Part shown: one piece after another, positions 16,998-26,991 of the stretch
How positions within the stretch are numbered: position 1 is the stretch's first letter
Layout: each line of letters opens with the position of its first letter
Virus record (IMG/VR): IMGVR_UViG_3300031772_000118
Location: 1 to 37,469 of that record
Source: a virus
Taxonomy: Duplodnaviria > Caudoviricetes
DNA length: 37,469 bases
Reading direction: 5' to 3' (one strand)
The notes under the pieces: model-generated
The model's database searches: none
What the model was told of the DNA's origin: nothing
What the model saw: the letters and a program-made list of their open reading frames with translations, nothing else
Program-made: the position numbers and the translations under genes

Positions 16998-17552
16998 ATG
17001 AATGAAACAAAAATGTTTGAAGAGAATAAAGGGCTTATAATGTTTACGGCTAAAAAGTACAATCTTGTTGCAAAATGTTACAATTATCTACTATTCGATA
17101 TAGATGATTTGTACGCATCTGGGAGTATTGGACTATTGAAAGCTATAAGGAATTTTGATGAATCTAGAGAAATTAAGTTTAGCAGTGTGGCAGTTTCTTA
17201 TATACTAAATGAAATAAGAAACGCTTATAGAAACACATTGAAAACTACAAATAAATCTAGGATGCAATTCAACAATAGCGTTATTAGTATAAACTCTTAT
17301 GTTTCTAAGAGTGAGGCGGATTGTGACTTTTCGGAAGTGATTGGGAAAGATGATGACGCGCTAGGGATTAGCGAGACGATAGACATTCTAAACAGATGCT
17401 TAGAAAGAGAAGAGTTAGAAATAGCTACATTAAGAGCAGAGGGTATAAGTAGCAGAGAAATAAGTGAAATATTGGGAATAAGCGTTTCGTTTTTATATCA
17501 AAAGTTTAACAATATAAAAGGCAAAGTAAGAGGAGAGTTATGTCATGAATAG
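16998..17552 (+). CDS. Sigma-70-family sigma factor resembling sporulation sigmas (SigE/F/G/K-type region 2)
   Basis: DDLYASGSIGLLKAIRNFDESREIKFSSVAVSYILNEIR, plus a region-4 HTH SREISEILGIS. Confidence 0.85.
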   Translation: MNETKMFEENKGLIMFTAKKYNLVAKCYNYLLFDIDDLYASGSIGLLKAIRNFDESREIKFSSVAVSYILNEIRNAYRNTLKTTNKSRMQFNNSVISINSYVSKSEADCDFSEVIGKDDDALGISETIDILNRCLEREELEIATLRAEGISSREISEILGISVSFLYQKFNNIKGKVRGELCHE

Positions 17553-18534
17553 TTTGATAAGAAAAGGCGTAAAAGAAGTTAGTGTATTTGATGCAGGGCT
17601 ATCACAAGAACTTGCAGAAAAGCTTATATTAAGTAAAGCGAGAATAAGAGAGTTTTACGATGCAAACAAAGGGAGAGTACATTGCTCATTTAGTGGAGGA
17701 AAAGATAGTACAGTTTTGCTTCATCTTTGTAGGTTAGTAGAGAAAGATATAAAAGGTGTTTGGTGTGATACTAGGATGGAATATCCGGGTGTTGCTAAGT
17801 TCGCAAAATCAGTTGATAACATAGAAATAGTTAAAAGCAAAACGACATTTCATCAAATATTAATGAGATATGGATATCCTGTTATTTCGAAGAAAATAGC
17901 TAGAATGGTGTATGATAAACAGAATCCAACTAACAAAAATAAAAGAACTAATGAACTTAGTGATTCAAAATTTTTTGAAGGTGATAAAGGGACTATAAGG
18001 AATAGTTTCTACCTTTCGGACAAACACAAGCACTGGGTTGATAGTGAGTTTAGATTAACAAATAAATGCTGCTTGCTCATAAAAGAAAAACCTCTTATAG
18101 ATTATGCTAAGAAAACTGGCGAAGGTGTTATAATAGGAATGTTAGCAGAAGAGAGTAGGAATAGAAAAAAAGCACTTGAAAACGGATGCATCAATTGGAA
18201 AAAGAATACTTGCAATCCTTTACGCGAATGGACAGAACAAAATATATTAGAATATATAAGCAAAATGAAATTAAGATACGCTAGTGATTACGGATGTCTA
18301 GTATACCAAAATAGAAAGTATGAATTTACGGGGGAGCAAAGAACGGGGTGTATGGGGTGCTTAATGGGCAATCCAAAAACAGTACACGAAAGGCTTGATA
18401 GAATGGAAAAGACTTACCCAATGCATTTCAAGGCTCATATAGAAGGGGGTGAGTTCAAAAGTGGAAAGTTATATCCCAAACAAGGATATGGTTACAGAAA
18501 GTTGCTTAAATATATAGAACAACAATACAAATAG
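17545..18534 (+). CDS. Phosphoadenosine phosphosulfate (PAPS) reductase-family protein
   Basis: PP-loop SFSGGKDS, and KCC..K.KP and RTGCMGC Fe-S-type cysteines. Confidence 0.85.
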   Translation: MNSLIRKGVKEVSVFDAGLSQELAEKLILSKARIREFYDANKGRVHCSFSGGKDSTVLLHLCRLVEKDIKGVWCDTRMEYPGVAKFAKSVDNIEIVKSKTTFHQILMRYGYPVISKKIARMVYDKQNPTNKNKRTNELSDSKFFEGDKGTIRNSFYLSDKHKHWVDSEFRLTNKCCLLIKEKPLIDYAKKTGEGVIIGMLAEESRNRKKALENGCINWKKNTCNPLREWTEQNILEYISKMKLRYASDYGCLVYQNRKYEFTGEQRTGCMGCLMGNPKTVHERLDRMEKTYPMHFKAHIEGGEFKSGKLYPKQGYGYRKLLKYIEQQYK

Positions 18535-18657
18535 TCAAAAAAAGAATGTATGTGGTATTATCTATGTACATTCTTTTTTTACATTTAATTGTATTGACGT
18601 TTGATATTAAATGAATTATTATAAGTACATAAGAGATAAGAGATAAGAGGTGTTAGT

Positions 18658-21063
18658 ATGATAACAAGTGTAAAAGAGTTTAATGAAAGTGTAAGTATAA
18701 GAGAAGTAATTGAAGTGCTTGCAGGTGCTGATATAAACGCAAACGGAGGTGTGATATGCCCATTGCACGGAACTAGCAACAGAAAAAAGAAATTCAATGC
18801 TAGTATAAAAGAGGACAAGAATACTTTTCAATGTTGGACTAAGAATTGTACAGATGGAGCAGTAAGGAGTTTCACTTTCGCAGATAAATGGTGCAGAGAA
18901 AAGTTAAGTATGGATAATTGGAAGGCTATATATAAGTTTTTAGATGAAAAGTTTGGTACAAGTTTATATAAAGAAATAAAAGGTGTAGTTTTAGAAAAAG
19001 AACTTAAAGAATATACGCAAGAGATAACAGTTAAGAAATATTGTTCAGAAGCTGAAAGAGATATATTCTGCAACTTACTAGATGATAAGATATCAGTTTT
19101 AGAAGCGGGAACAGGAGTTGGAAAAACTAGAGCTATCGCCGAACTTTTCAAAAATTCAATTAAAGATTTAAAAGCGTTTGGAATAGATAAAATAATATTT
19201 ACTACTCCGAGGTCATCAATAGTTGAAGAGATAAGCGAAGAGTATAATTACACTAAGTTCTATAAAAACGACTTAGAATTACCTATAGGCGATTTTGTAG
19301 TATCTACTACTCATAAGGCTAGAGTACTGAATGAAGAACTAGGAGAAAAAGTCAAGCTATGCGCTAATGATATAACATATAGAGATAGCTTGAAATATGT
19401 GCTTATTATAGACGAATGTCACTTGTTGATAACATCAAAAAACATAGTAGGTTGTATGAGAGAATTAGACAAACTTATAGAAAATGCAGAATTTGTATTA
19501 TTTACAAGTGCTAATGCAGAACATTTTTACAAAGCGTGCAAAGACTTATACGGCATAAAAGGATATTACAATATTGAAAGAGAAAATAAGATATATAACA
19601 CAAATAAATTCACAGTTATAAGAAGTAATAGAGATAGAGAAGCTAAAAGGGAGCAACTTATAAGAATTATAAAAGAAGAAGTTGATACAAATAAAGTTTT
19701 CCTTGTCTATAATAATATTTCAGAACTGAAAGAAATAGAAACAGAACTTAATAACGCTAGAATACTATCTAAAGTTGTTTGCAGCGCTAATAAAGAAGAT
19801 AACGAAACAGTAGACGTATATAATGCTATAATCAAGCAAAGTGTCTTAAAATGTACTGTAACGCTTTGTACGAGTGTAGTCGATACAGGTGTAAATATAA
19901 AGCAAGGTGAAGGAATAACGACAATATTAGTTCAATCTAGACAAAATATTGATGATGTTACAATAACACAGACTTTTGCTAGAGTAAGAAATGAAGCTAG
20001 TGAAAAAGTTGATAACAGAGCAATACTAATGTTAGATAATATTAAGAATAGAGAAGAAAGACACGACAAACTAAGCAAACTTGATAATTTTAAGAGGTAT
20101 TATGATGAACTTGCTGCAACTGCATGCACTAACTTTAATATGCACATGCTTAACAACTATGATATAGAAAGTTATATTGAATATAATCTAGTTTGGGACT
20201 TCTTAAGTGATAATAACATGTATTCTAACATAGCAGCACTCATGTATGTGAAAGCAGATGAATTCAAAGAAAATCCTCGTATGATAGTTGATACAACAGT
20301 GGTTTATAATAGAGCAAGGATACAACACTTAAGTGACAACTATTACAACGATAAATTCATTAAGAAACTTACAGAAAGTGTTAATTATAGAACTATTGAA
20401 TTTATAGAGGTAAATGAAGAGATTAAAGTTAAGAAAGCAGAAGTCAATACAAGCTTCAGTGAAGCGTTAGTGAGTCTAGCGGAAGATGAAGACGAGTTTG
20501 AAGCAACTTTAACAAATAGATATATAGAAGATAGCGAAGATTATAAAGAAAACTTTTGGTTAGAAGTAATGGAAGATGAATTTGCAAAGAAATTCAATGA
20601 ATTAGACAAGAGAATATTTGCAATGAAGAAGATATTAAGTAAGAGCAGAACTAATGTTGACGTTGTAGAGTATGCAAAGAATATGTACAAAGCTTATACT
20701 TTAGAGAAACCTCGTTTCATTATTGATCGCATAAGAGAAATAGAGTACCCAATTTACAATACATTGTATAGCCAAAACGGAAAAGATTACAAAGGCGTAG
20801 GAGATAGCTTGTATGAATCTATTAGAGATGTTTTTGACTTAGCTAGCAGTAAATCATACAAGATAACTTCAAAGGCATTACAGAACACAGTAGAAGAGTT
20901 TCTTATCAAAGATGGAGCAACTTTCTTGGATGGAAAATGGGTAAATAGAAAGGGCAAAAAGATAAGAGTTAGCAGCAAATTAAATGAAGTAAAAGATACA
21001 ATAGATAAGATTTATAATGTATCAGACAAAGGATATTTAAGCAGCTTAAAGGTAGTGGGGTAA
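18658..21063 (+). CDS. Replication protein: CHC2-like Zn finger plus SF2 helicase (origin-binding-protein-like)
   Basis: CPLH..CWTKNC; Walker A AGTGVGKT; DECH; TSAN; CTSVVDTGVNI; QTFARVRN. Confidence 0.8.
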   Translation: MITSVKEFNESVSIREVIEVLAGADINANGGVICPLHGTSNRKKKFNASIKEDKNTFQCWTKNCTDGAVRSFTFADKWCREKLSMDNWKAIYKFLDEKFGTSLYKEIKGVVLEKELKEYTQEITVKKYCSEAERDIFCNLLDDKISVLEAGTGVGKTRAIAELFKNSIKDLKAFGIDKIIFTTPRSSIVEEISEEYNYTKFYKNDLELPIGDFVVSTTHKARVLNEELGEKVKLCANDITYRDSLKYVLIIDECHLLITSKNIVGCMRELDKLIENAEFVLFTSANAEHFYKACKDLYGIKGYYNIERENKIYNTNKFTVIRSNRDREAKREQLIRIIKEEVDTNKVFLVYNNISELKEIETELNNARILSKVVCSANKEDNETVDVYNAIIKQSVLKCTVTLCTSVVDTGVNIKQGEGITTILVQSRQNIDDVTITQTFARVRNEASEKVDNRAILMLDNIKNREERHDKLSKLDNFKRYYDELAATACTNFNMHMLNNYDIESYIEYNLVWDFLSDNNMYSNIAALMYVKADEFKENPRMIVDTTVVYNRARIQHLSDNYYNDKFIKKLTESVNYRTIEFIEVNEEIKVKKAEVNTSFSEALVSLAEDEDEFEATLTNRYIEDSEDYKENFWLEVMEDEFAKKFNELDKRIFAMKKILSKSRTNVDVVEYAKNMYKAYTLEKPRFIIDRIREIEYPIYNTLYSQNGKDYKGVGDSLYESIRDVFDLASSKSYKITSKALQNTVEEFLIKDGATFLDGKWVNRKGKKIRVSSKLNEVKDTIDKIYNVSDKGYLSSLKVVG

Positions 21064-21169
21064 AACTTACTATCTTTCTTTATTTATTAAAACACGAACA
21101 TTAATTAAGAAAATTCTAAAAACATTCGCAGCGACACGTACGATTTTTGGTTATTGAAGTTTTCTTCAT

Positions 21170-21300
21170 TTCTGATAAAAAAAGGCGTTCGCGTCAATTC
21201 GACAAAACCTAGTCTAGCCCTTGCTATGACAAGTCTAAGACCATGTTGGGTAGCAGTTGAAAATCATTTGTTACTCTATATATAAAGAAAAAAATAAAAA
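21170..21300 (+). repeat. Dispersed ~130-bp element, copy 2 (immediately downstream of the helicase gene; candidate origin)
   Basis: The same four motif blocks at the same offsets as copies 1 and 3. Confidence 0.85.
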
Positions 21301-21401
21301 CACAAAGTGCAAAAGACGAAAGACAGATGACAGACAAAAATACTTCATCCACTCATAGAAATTTTTTGGGCATGTTTTTTTAAAAGAATTATATCAATGT
21401 A

Positions 21402-21431
21402 TTGACATTAGCTAACTGCAAGTGTTATAAT
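21402..21431 (+). promoter_or_regulatory. SigmaA-type promoter
   Basis: TTGACA-18-TATAAT with an extended TG. Confidence 0.75.
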
Positions 21432-21459
21432 AAGTTATAGTATTAATCAAGGAGGAAAA

Positions 21460-21561
21460 GTGAAGATATTAAGATTTAAAGGATTTGCAATTTGTAAAAG
21501 ATGCTCTAAGGTAGTTGATGATTACGGCGAAGAAAGGTTTAGAGGACTTTGTTACGAGTAA
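21460..21561 (+). CDS. 33-aa CxxC peptide (not in the ORF track)
   Basis: GTG start after aaggagg; MKILRFKGFAICKRCSKVVDDYGEERFRGLCYE. Confidence 0.4.
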   Translation: MKILRFKGFAICKRCSKVVDDYGEERFRGLCYE

Positions 21562-21574
21562 AGGGGGTGTTAAG

Positions 21575-21781
21575 ATGACAAGAGATTTGTTTGTAAAGAC
21601 ATACAACGGAATATTAGAAAGAGATGACACGGTAGAGATAGAACACAATGGGAAGATTTACAGAGTCGGAGAAGGCAGAGCAAGAATAGAACTACAAGAT
21701 GATTGCTTTGATGTGTATGTAGGGAATAGTCATATAATAGAGATAGCATATAGTGAATTAAAAAAGGGGGATATTTATTAA
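21575..21781 (+). CDS. Hypothetical protein
   Basis: ATG 21575 after agggggtg. Confidence 0.6.
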   Translation: MTRDLFVKTYNGILERDDTVEIEHNGKIYRVGEGRARIELQDDCFDVYVGNSHIIEIAYSELKKGDIY

Positions 21782-21963
21782 TGAGTAAATTTAAATTTGG
21801 AGATAAGGTTATAGAAAAAGATAGCAGGAGAGAATATACAATAAGAGAAGTTAAGAAGTTTAACGATGGAAATGTTCACTATACAATGAGAGAAATATCA
21901 AGCGAGTATGAATTTATAGATGAAGATATCGAATTAGTAGAAAGGAGAGAGTTATTTTCATAG
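21781..21963 (+). CDS. Small SH3/KOW-like protein (MSKFKFGDKV)
   Basis: KF.xGD.V start motif, shared with the 26028 gene. Confidence 0.6.
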   Translation: MSKFKFGDKVIEKDSRREYTIREVKKFNDGNVHYTMREISSEYEFIDEDIELVERRELFS

Positions 21964-22111
21964 CAAAGAACGAATATAAGAACAAAGTAGAAGGCTTAGA
22001 CGTTATAGCAAATTGGTGCGAGAGAGTAGTAATTAAATAGTACAGAAAGGTTAGGAGTAATGACAATTCCTAGCCTTTTGTGTTATAATTAGGTATAAAG
22101 GAAGTGATAAG

Positions 22112-22507
22112 ATGGAAGAGAAAAAAAGAGGTAGAGGGCAAGCTAGAAAGTTTGAAAGTGCTGAAGAATTTGAGAATACCTTTAATGAATATATAGAATA
22201 TTGTGAACTCAATGAAAGAATGGTTAATATAGCGGGTTTTTGTAGATACGCTAGAATGACACGAGAAACATTCTATAATCAAAAGGAATATTACTTTGAC
22301 ACTTATATGTATATTCAAGAAACAATCGAAGATGAGACTCTTAACGACAATAAGAGAGCAACTCCAATAGTCATGATGTACTTAAAGAATAAGTTCAACT
22401 ACAAAGACAAGATTGAAACAGAAAACACTAATACAAATACAAACAAGAATTACGATGTTAGTAACTTAACAGATGAACAACTAGATAAAATATTAAAAGG
22501 TGAGTAA
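22112..22507 (+). CDS. terS: Terminase small subunit
   Basis: GR..KFESAEE, NIAGFC..MTRETFYN HTH, MYLKNKFNYKDK; directly upstream of terL. Confidence 0.8.
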   Translation: MEEKKRGRGQARKFESAEEFENTFNEYIEYCELNERMVNIAGFCRYARMTRETFYNQKEYYFDTYMYIQETIEDETLNDNKRATPIVMMYLKNKFNYKDKIETENTNTNTNKNYDVSNLTDEQLDKILKGE

Positions 22508-22552
22508 AACCCCTTACACCCAAACTAAAAGTAAGAAAAGGAGGTGGTTTTG

Positions 22553-23956
22553 ATGAAGATGATACCAAGAGATATTTTAATAAGAAAGGCTAAACAAGAA
22601 AAAGCTAAAAGGAATTTTTATTACTATTGCAAATTAATGCACCCTAATTTCTATAATGAAAAGAGGGGGTTTTTGGAAATATTATGTGATAAACTTCAAG
22701 AGTTTTATTTTAATGACGATGAATTTATGTTGGTAAATCTTCCTCCGTAGCCACGACATGGGAAGTCATTCAGCTGTCAAAACTTTGTAGAATGGATATT
22801 AGGACAGAATCCTATTGAAAAGATTATATCGGCATCTTACGGACACGACTTATCAAAGACTTTCTCTAAGAAGTGTAGAAACGCAATAGAAGAGGCAGGC
22901 CTTGACGATAGGATAGTATATAGTGATGTATTCAACAATACTAAAATAAAGTTCGGTAGTGCCGAAGCCACCAAATGGCAGACAGACGAATCAACTCAAA
23001 CTAACTACCTAGCAACATCACCAACCGGGAGTGCGACGGGGTTTGGTTGTACTTTTATGGTAGTAGATGACTTGATTAAAAATGCTTATGAAGCTAACAA
23101 CGAAACAATATTAGAAGGGCATTGGAACTGGTTCACGAATACTATGCTATCTAGACGAGAAGGCAAGAAAAAGGTGCTAATAGTTATGACTAGATGGTCT
23201 AGTAAAGACTTAGCTGGAAGAATAATAGAATACTGTGAAGAAGAAAACTTATCTTATTCTCATGTGAATTTCAAAGCAGAATTAGGGAGTGGCGACATGC
23301 TATCCGATGATATATTTAGTGCTAAAGACGCAGAGAAGGCTAAAAAACTTATGGGTGAAGATATATACAGTGCTAACTATAATCAAGAGCCTATCGACTT
23401 AAAAGGTAGCCTATACAGTAATTTACTGACATATGAAGAGTTGCCAAGAGATAAAATTATTACAATAGATAACTATACTGATACTGCCGACAGAGGACAA
23501 GATTATTTATGCTCGATTGACTACGCTATTGATAGACAAGGTTATTGCTATATACTAGATGTTATTTACACGCAGGAATCTATGGAAACGACAGAAGAGA
23601 AAGTTGCAGCGATGATAACTAAGGATTTTGTTAATTTTGCTCACATAGAAAGTAACAATGGAGGAAGAGGTTTTGCTAGAAATGTTAAAGAGTTGTGCTT
23701 AAAGAAGAACAATAGGCATACATCAATTAAACCGTTCCATCAGAGTAAAAATAAAGAGTCTAGGATATTAACGGGAAGCACAGGCGTAATGCAAAATATA
23801 CTATTCCCAAGCAAGTGGAAACAACTATTCCCAGAGTTCTACAAGAGTGTTATAAGCTATCAGAGAACTGGTAAAAATAAGCATGATGACTCAGTGGACA
23901 CGCTAACTGGAGTATATGAGAAAAGTGAAAAATACAGAAAAGGTAAAAGGAGATAA
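22553..23956 (+). CDS. terL: Terminase large subunit with an internal in-frame TAG (22748-22750)
   Basis: The 22544 and 23057 ORFs share a frame with only one stop between them. Motifs: VNLPP*PRHGKS (Walker A), MVVDD (Walker B), VMTRW, YNQEP, TDTA and KHDDSVD (nuclease). Confidence 0.9.
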
Positions 23957-23957
23957 T

Positions 23958-24281
23958 ATGAAGACTGCAAATATATTAGGAGAAGAGTATAAAATATCAT
24001 TTGACGATAGTGGTTATTGCGATGAAAGTAGATTAGCTGGTTTCTGCGACTATCTAAAGAAAGAAATAAAGCTAAATGAAACTGAAATAAAGAAATGTGA
24101 TGCGCCTAATATCTACCAAAAAGAAATTGAAAGGCACGAGATAATACACGCTTTCTTGAATGAAAGTGGTTTGAGATATAGTAGTATTGATGGTTGGGCT
24201 GTTAATGAGGAGATGGTAGATTGGATAGCCCTACAATTACCAAAAATATTTAAAGCGATGAAAGAGGTTGATGCAATATGA
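23958..24281 (+). CDS. Putative Zn-metallopeptidase-like phage protein
   Basis: HEIIHAFLNESGL (HExxH) and EEMVDWIA; ATG 23958 after aaggag. Confidence 0.65.
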   Translation: MKTANILGEEYKISFDDSGYCDESRLAGFCDYLKKEIKLNETEIKKCDAPNIYQKEIERHEIIHAFLNESGLRYSSIDGWAVNEEMVDWIALQLPKIFKAMKEVDAI

Positions 24282-25687
24282 GAACATATCAAGATTTTAT
24301 AGAAGCAACAAATAAAGAAAAATTTATAGTTGAAACAATTAGGGAATTTAAAAGTTCCCTCTTCTTCGAACAAGCACAGACAAGTAGACGTTACTACGAA
24401 GGTATGAACGATATACTTGATAGAATGCAGTACTTCTGGGCAAGCGTAAGAGGAAAAGGAAGTTACTTAGATGGAGACTTATCGTTAGATAAACCAATTA
24501 AGCAAGTTGATAATTTCAAAGCGAATAATACAATATCGAACAACTTCTATAAGAAAATAGTCATGCAAGAAAAGAGCTACTTACTTGCAAACGGAGTACA
24601 GTTAGAAGAAGAGTTCCAAGGCAAGATTAAGAAACTAGACCAAAAACTACAAGAAGTAGGAGAGAATAGTTTGTTAGATGGAACAAGTTTTGTATATTGC
24701 TATAAAGATAAGAAAAATAAGTTTAAGATACAACCATTCACAGGGCTAGAATTCATTCCTCTGTATGATGAAAAGACGAGCAACCTAATGGCAGGTATAA
24801 GGTTTTATCAGATTGACGAAACAAAGCCTATGTGGTGCGAATTGTACGAAGTTGACGGTATCACTGAATATTCTATAATCAAAGATAAAGTTACGCTTAC
24901 GCAAGAGAAGAGGGCATATAGCGTTATAGTAGGGAAAGATTTATTAGGAACTAGAGTAACAGGTGGAAAGAATTGGAGTGAGCTACCTATCGTTGAAGCG
25001 AAGTCAGACAAGAGAGGTAAGCCGAGATTAAGCCATTCACTTAAAACAAAGATAGATTTATACGACATAATACTTTCTGATTTTGGAAATAATCTTGAAG
25101 ATAGCCAAGACGTTTACTGGGTGTTGAAGAATTACGGCGGGCAAGATATGGGAGAATTCTTATCAGACTACAAGCACTATAAAACAATAAAAGTTGATGA
25201 TGAAGGCTCGGCAGACGCGCACACAATAGATGTACCTTATCAAGCGAGGGAAACCGCACTTAATTTGCTCAGAGGCATGGTATATGATGAAGCTATGGCA
25301 GTTGACATGACGTTGTTAAGTGGCGGAAGTCTTACTACTACACACATAAAAGCTAGCATGAACGACTTAGAGCTTAAAACAGATGCTTTTGAGCAACAGT
25401 TGGTAGAAGTAGTAGATGATATACTAGAATTTTATGAGGAATATATAGGTAGTATGGGAACAGAAGTAGACAACGATTATCAGATTGATTTCATTCGAAG
25501 AACGTTAATAAACGATACCGAAACAATTGACAACATACTAAAGTGCAGCACTGATTTGGACTTAAGAACTAGGCTAGAACTTAATCCTCTTATTGACAAT
25601 AGAAACATTGATAAGATTATTGATGCTGTTGAATTAGAAGGACAAGATAGATTTAGCGTTGACAAAGAAATAGTAGAAGAGGTATAA
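24278..25687 (+). CDS. Portal protein (SPP1 gp6-like)
   Basis: 469 aa after terL; motifs RYYEG..DI, NNFYK.IV.Q..SYLL.NG, IDLYD...SD..N. Confidence 0.88.
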   Translation: MRTYQDFIEATNKEKFIVETIREFKSSLFFEQAQTSRRYYEGMNDILDRMQYFWASVRGKGSYLDGDLSLDKPIKQVDNFKANNTISNNFYKKIVMQEKSYLLANGVQLEEEFQGKIKKLDQKLQEVGENSLLDGTSFVYCYKDKKNKFKIQPFTGLEFIPLYDEKTSNLMAGIRFYQIDETKPMWCELYEVDGITEYSIIKDKVTLTQEKRAYSVIVGKDLLGTRVTGGKNWSELPIVEAKSDKRGKPRLSHSLKTKIDLYDIILSDFGNNLEDSQDVYWVLKNYGGQDMGEFLSDYKHYKTIKVDDEGSADAHTIDVPYQARETALNLLRGMVYDEAMAVDMTLLSGGSLTTTHIKASMNDLELKTDAFEQQLVEVVDDILEFYEEYIGSMGTEVDNDYQIDFIRRTLINDTETIDNILKCSTDLDLRTRLELNPLIDNRNIDKIIDAVELEGQDRFSVDKEIVEEV

Positions 25688-25742
25688 TAAAGTATACTAA
25701 TTAACGCACCTTTTTTGGGAGGGTAAAACCTCCTTTTAATAC

Positions 25743-25816
25743 GCAAATATAGCCAAGTGGTAAGGCAAAAGTCTGCAAAACTTTGACCGCGGGTTCGAAT
25801 CCTGTTATTTGCTCCA
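25743..25816 (+). tRNA. tRNA-Cys(GCA)
   Basis: Acceptor stem GCAAATA/TATTTGC, D-arm GCC..GGC, anticodon arm AAAGT-CTGCAAA-ACTTT, T-arm GCGGG-TTCGAAT-CCTGT, U73 discriminator and encoded CCA. Confidence 0.92.
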
Positions 25817-26027
25817 ATATATACTCAACGCAATGCACTATGTGCGGAAAGTCAAGTTTTTTAAGGATAGACATAATTGCTGTCGCTTGATGGAGTAGAT
25901 ATAATATTGTACAACAACGAATTAGAATAGCTTTATAGTTATTCTTTTTTTCGTTCAATAGAAGTATTGACAACAACAATATTTAAATATTATAATAAGG
26001 TATAAATAAATTTAGGAGGTAGTTAAT

Positions 26028-26621
26028 ATGAGTAAGTTTAAAGTTGGAGATGAGGTAGAAATGATAAGGAATCCAAAAAATCATAGCATGTTTGAAGTTG
26101 GAGATAAAATGGTTATAAGAAAAATAGAACTTAGGGATAGTGGTTATATTTGTTGGTTCGAAGGTATAAACGATTTTGGTATAAATGAGGATAGTTTAAA
26201 ACTAGTAGAATCTAAGAAAACATTCACAATTCAAGAGGTTTTAGTAGAAGAGAATGTAGGTAAGAAGTTTGAGTTTAGAGACTTAGTATCATATGAATTA
26301 AACAGTTCTTTAGACTTAATAGATGAAAGAGGTTATTCAATAAAAGAGAACTTCAATTTAAAAGGTATAGTTGAAGGAACATTCACACTAATAGAAGGAC
26401 TAAAACAATTCACAGAAGAGATTGACTTTAAAGAAGCTTTCAAGAGGCTGTGTGAGGGCGAGGAAGTTAAGTTTGAGATTGGAAATGATTATTATGATAT
26501 ATTCATAATAGAAGACGGAGTGTTGATGTTTTATTCTGATTCAATAAATGCATTTAAAGAAATATCTGATGCATTTAAAGCTATTTCACATGATAAATAC
26601 AAAAAGTACTACAAAAAATAA
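26028..26621 (+). CDS. Hypothetical moron protein (MSKFKVGDEV N-terminus)
   Basis: Own TTGACA-18-TATAAT promoter at about 25966 and a downstream terminator (aagagtgtca..tggcactttttt); inserted in the head module. Confidence 0.75.
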   Translation: MSKFKVGDEVEMIRNPKNHSMFEVGDKMVIRKIELRDSGYICWFEGINDFGINEDSLKLVESKKTFTIQEVLVEENVGKKFEFRDLVSYELNSSLDLIDERGYSIKENFNLKGIVEGTFTLIEGLKQFTEEIDFKEAFKRLCEGEEVKFEIGNDYYDIFIIEDGVLMFYSDSINAFKEISDAFKAISHDKYKKYYKK

Positions 26622-26676
26622 ACAAGAGTGTCAGAAATGGCACTTTTTTTGGTATAATAAATTAAGAGGTGATATT

Positions 26677-26991
26677 ATGGAAATTATTAAATGTGATGAA
26701 TGCTTAATTTTTAAAAACTGGAGCAAAATACTATTTAAACAGACTATAAAAATAGATAAGAATAGAACTTATATAAAAGTTGAAGCTAAAGAAAATATAC
26801 TTCACTTGATATTAAATGTTTTGTTGATGCCTTTAGAATTAATTATAGATGGTTTTAACTCAACTACTGTGAAAAGGAATTTATCTAGAAGTGGTTATTC
26901 TCAAATAATACAAAGAAATAAATATAACGAGAAAACTTTCTTACAAATAGAGGAGGAATTAGATGGACTATATGAAAAAGAAAACAGATAA
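26677..26991 (+). CDS. Hypothetical protein with one hydrophobic segment
   Basis: ATG 26677 after gaggtg. Confidence 0.55.
   Translation: MEIIKCDECLIFKNWSKILFKQTIKIDKNRTYIKVEAKENILHLILNVLLMPLELIIDGFNSTTVKRNLSRSGYSQIIQRNKYNEKTFLQIEEELDGLYEKENR

Noticed and set aside
22748-22750. Genome-wide TAG reassignment (alternative genetic code)
   Set aside because: TAG is the normal stop of many intact genes (for example at 2405, 4620, 5226 and 31352), coding density is high under code 11, and no suppressor tRNA was found.
22745-22750. Trans-excision of the terL insert by the 28081 intron
   Set aside because: The intron guide sequence (AUGAU-GCAC) matches only its own exons, not the terL flanks CUUCCU/CCACG.
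25743-25816. tRNA as an attP or integration remnant
   Set aside because: The tRNA is full length with CCA, there is no duplicated 3' fragment, and no integrase is present.
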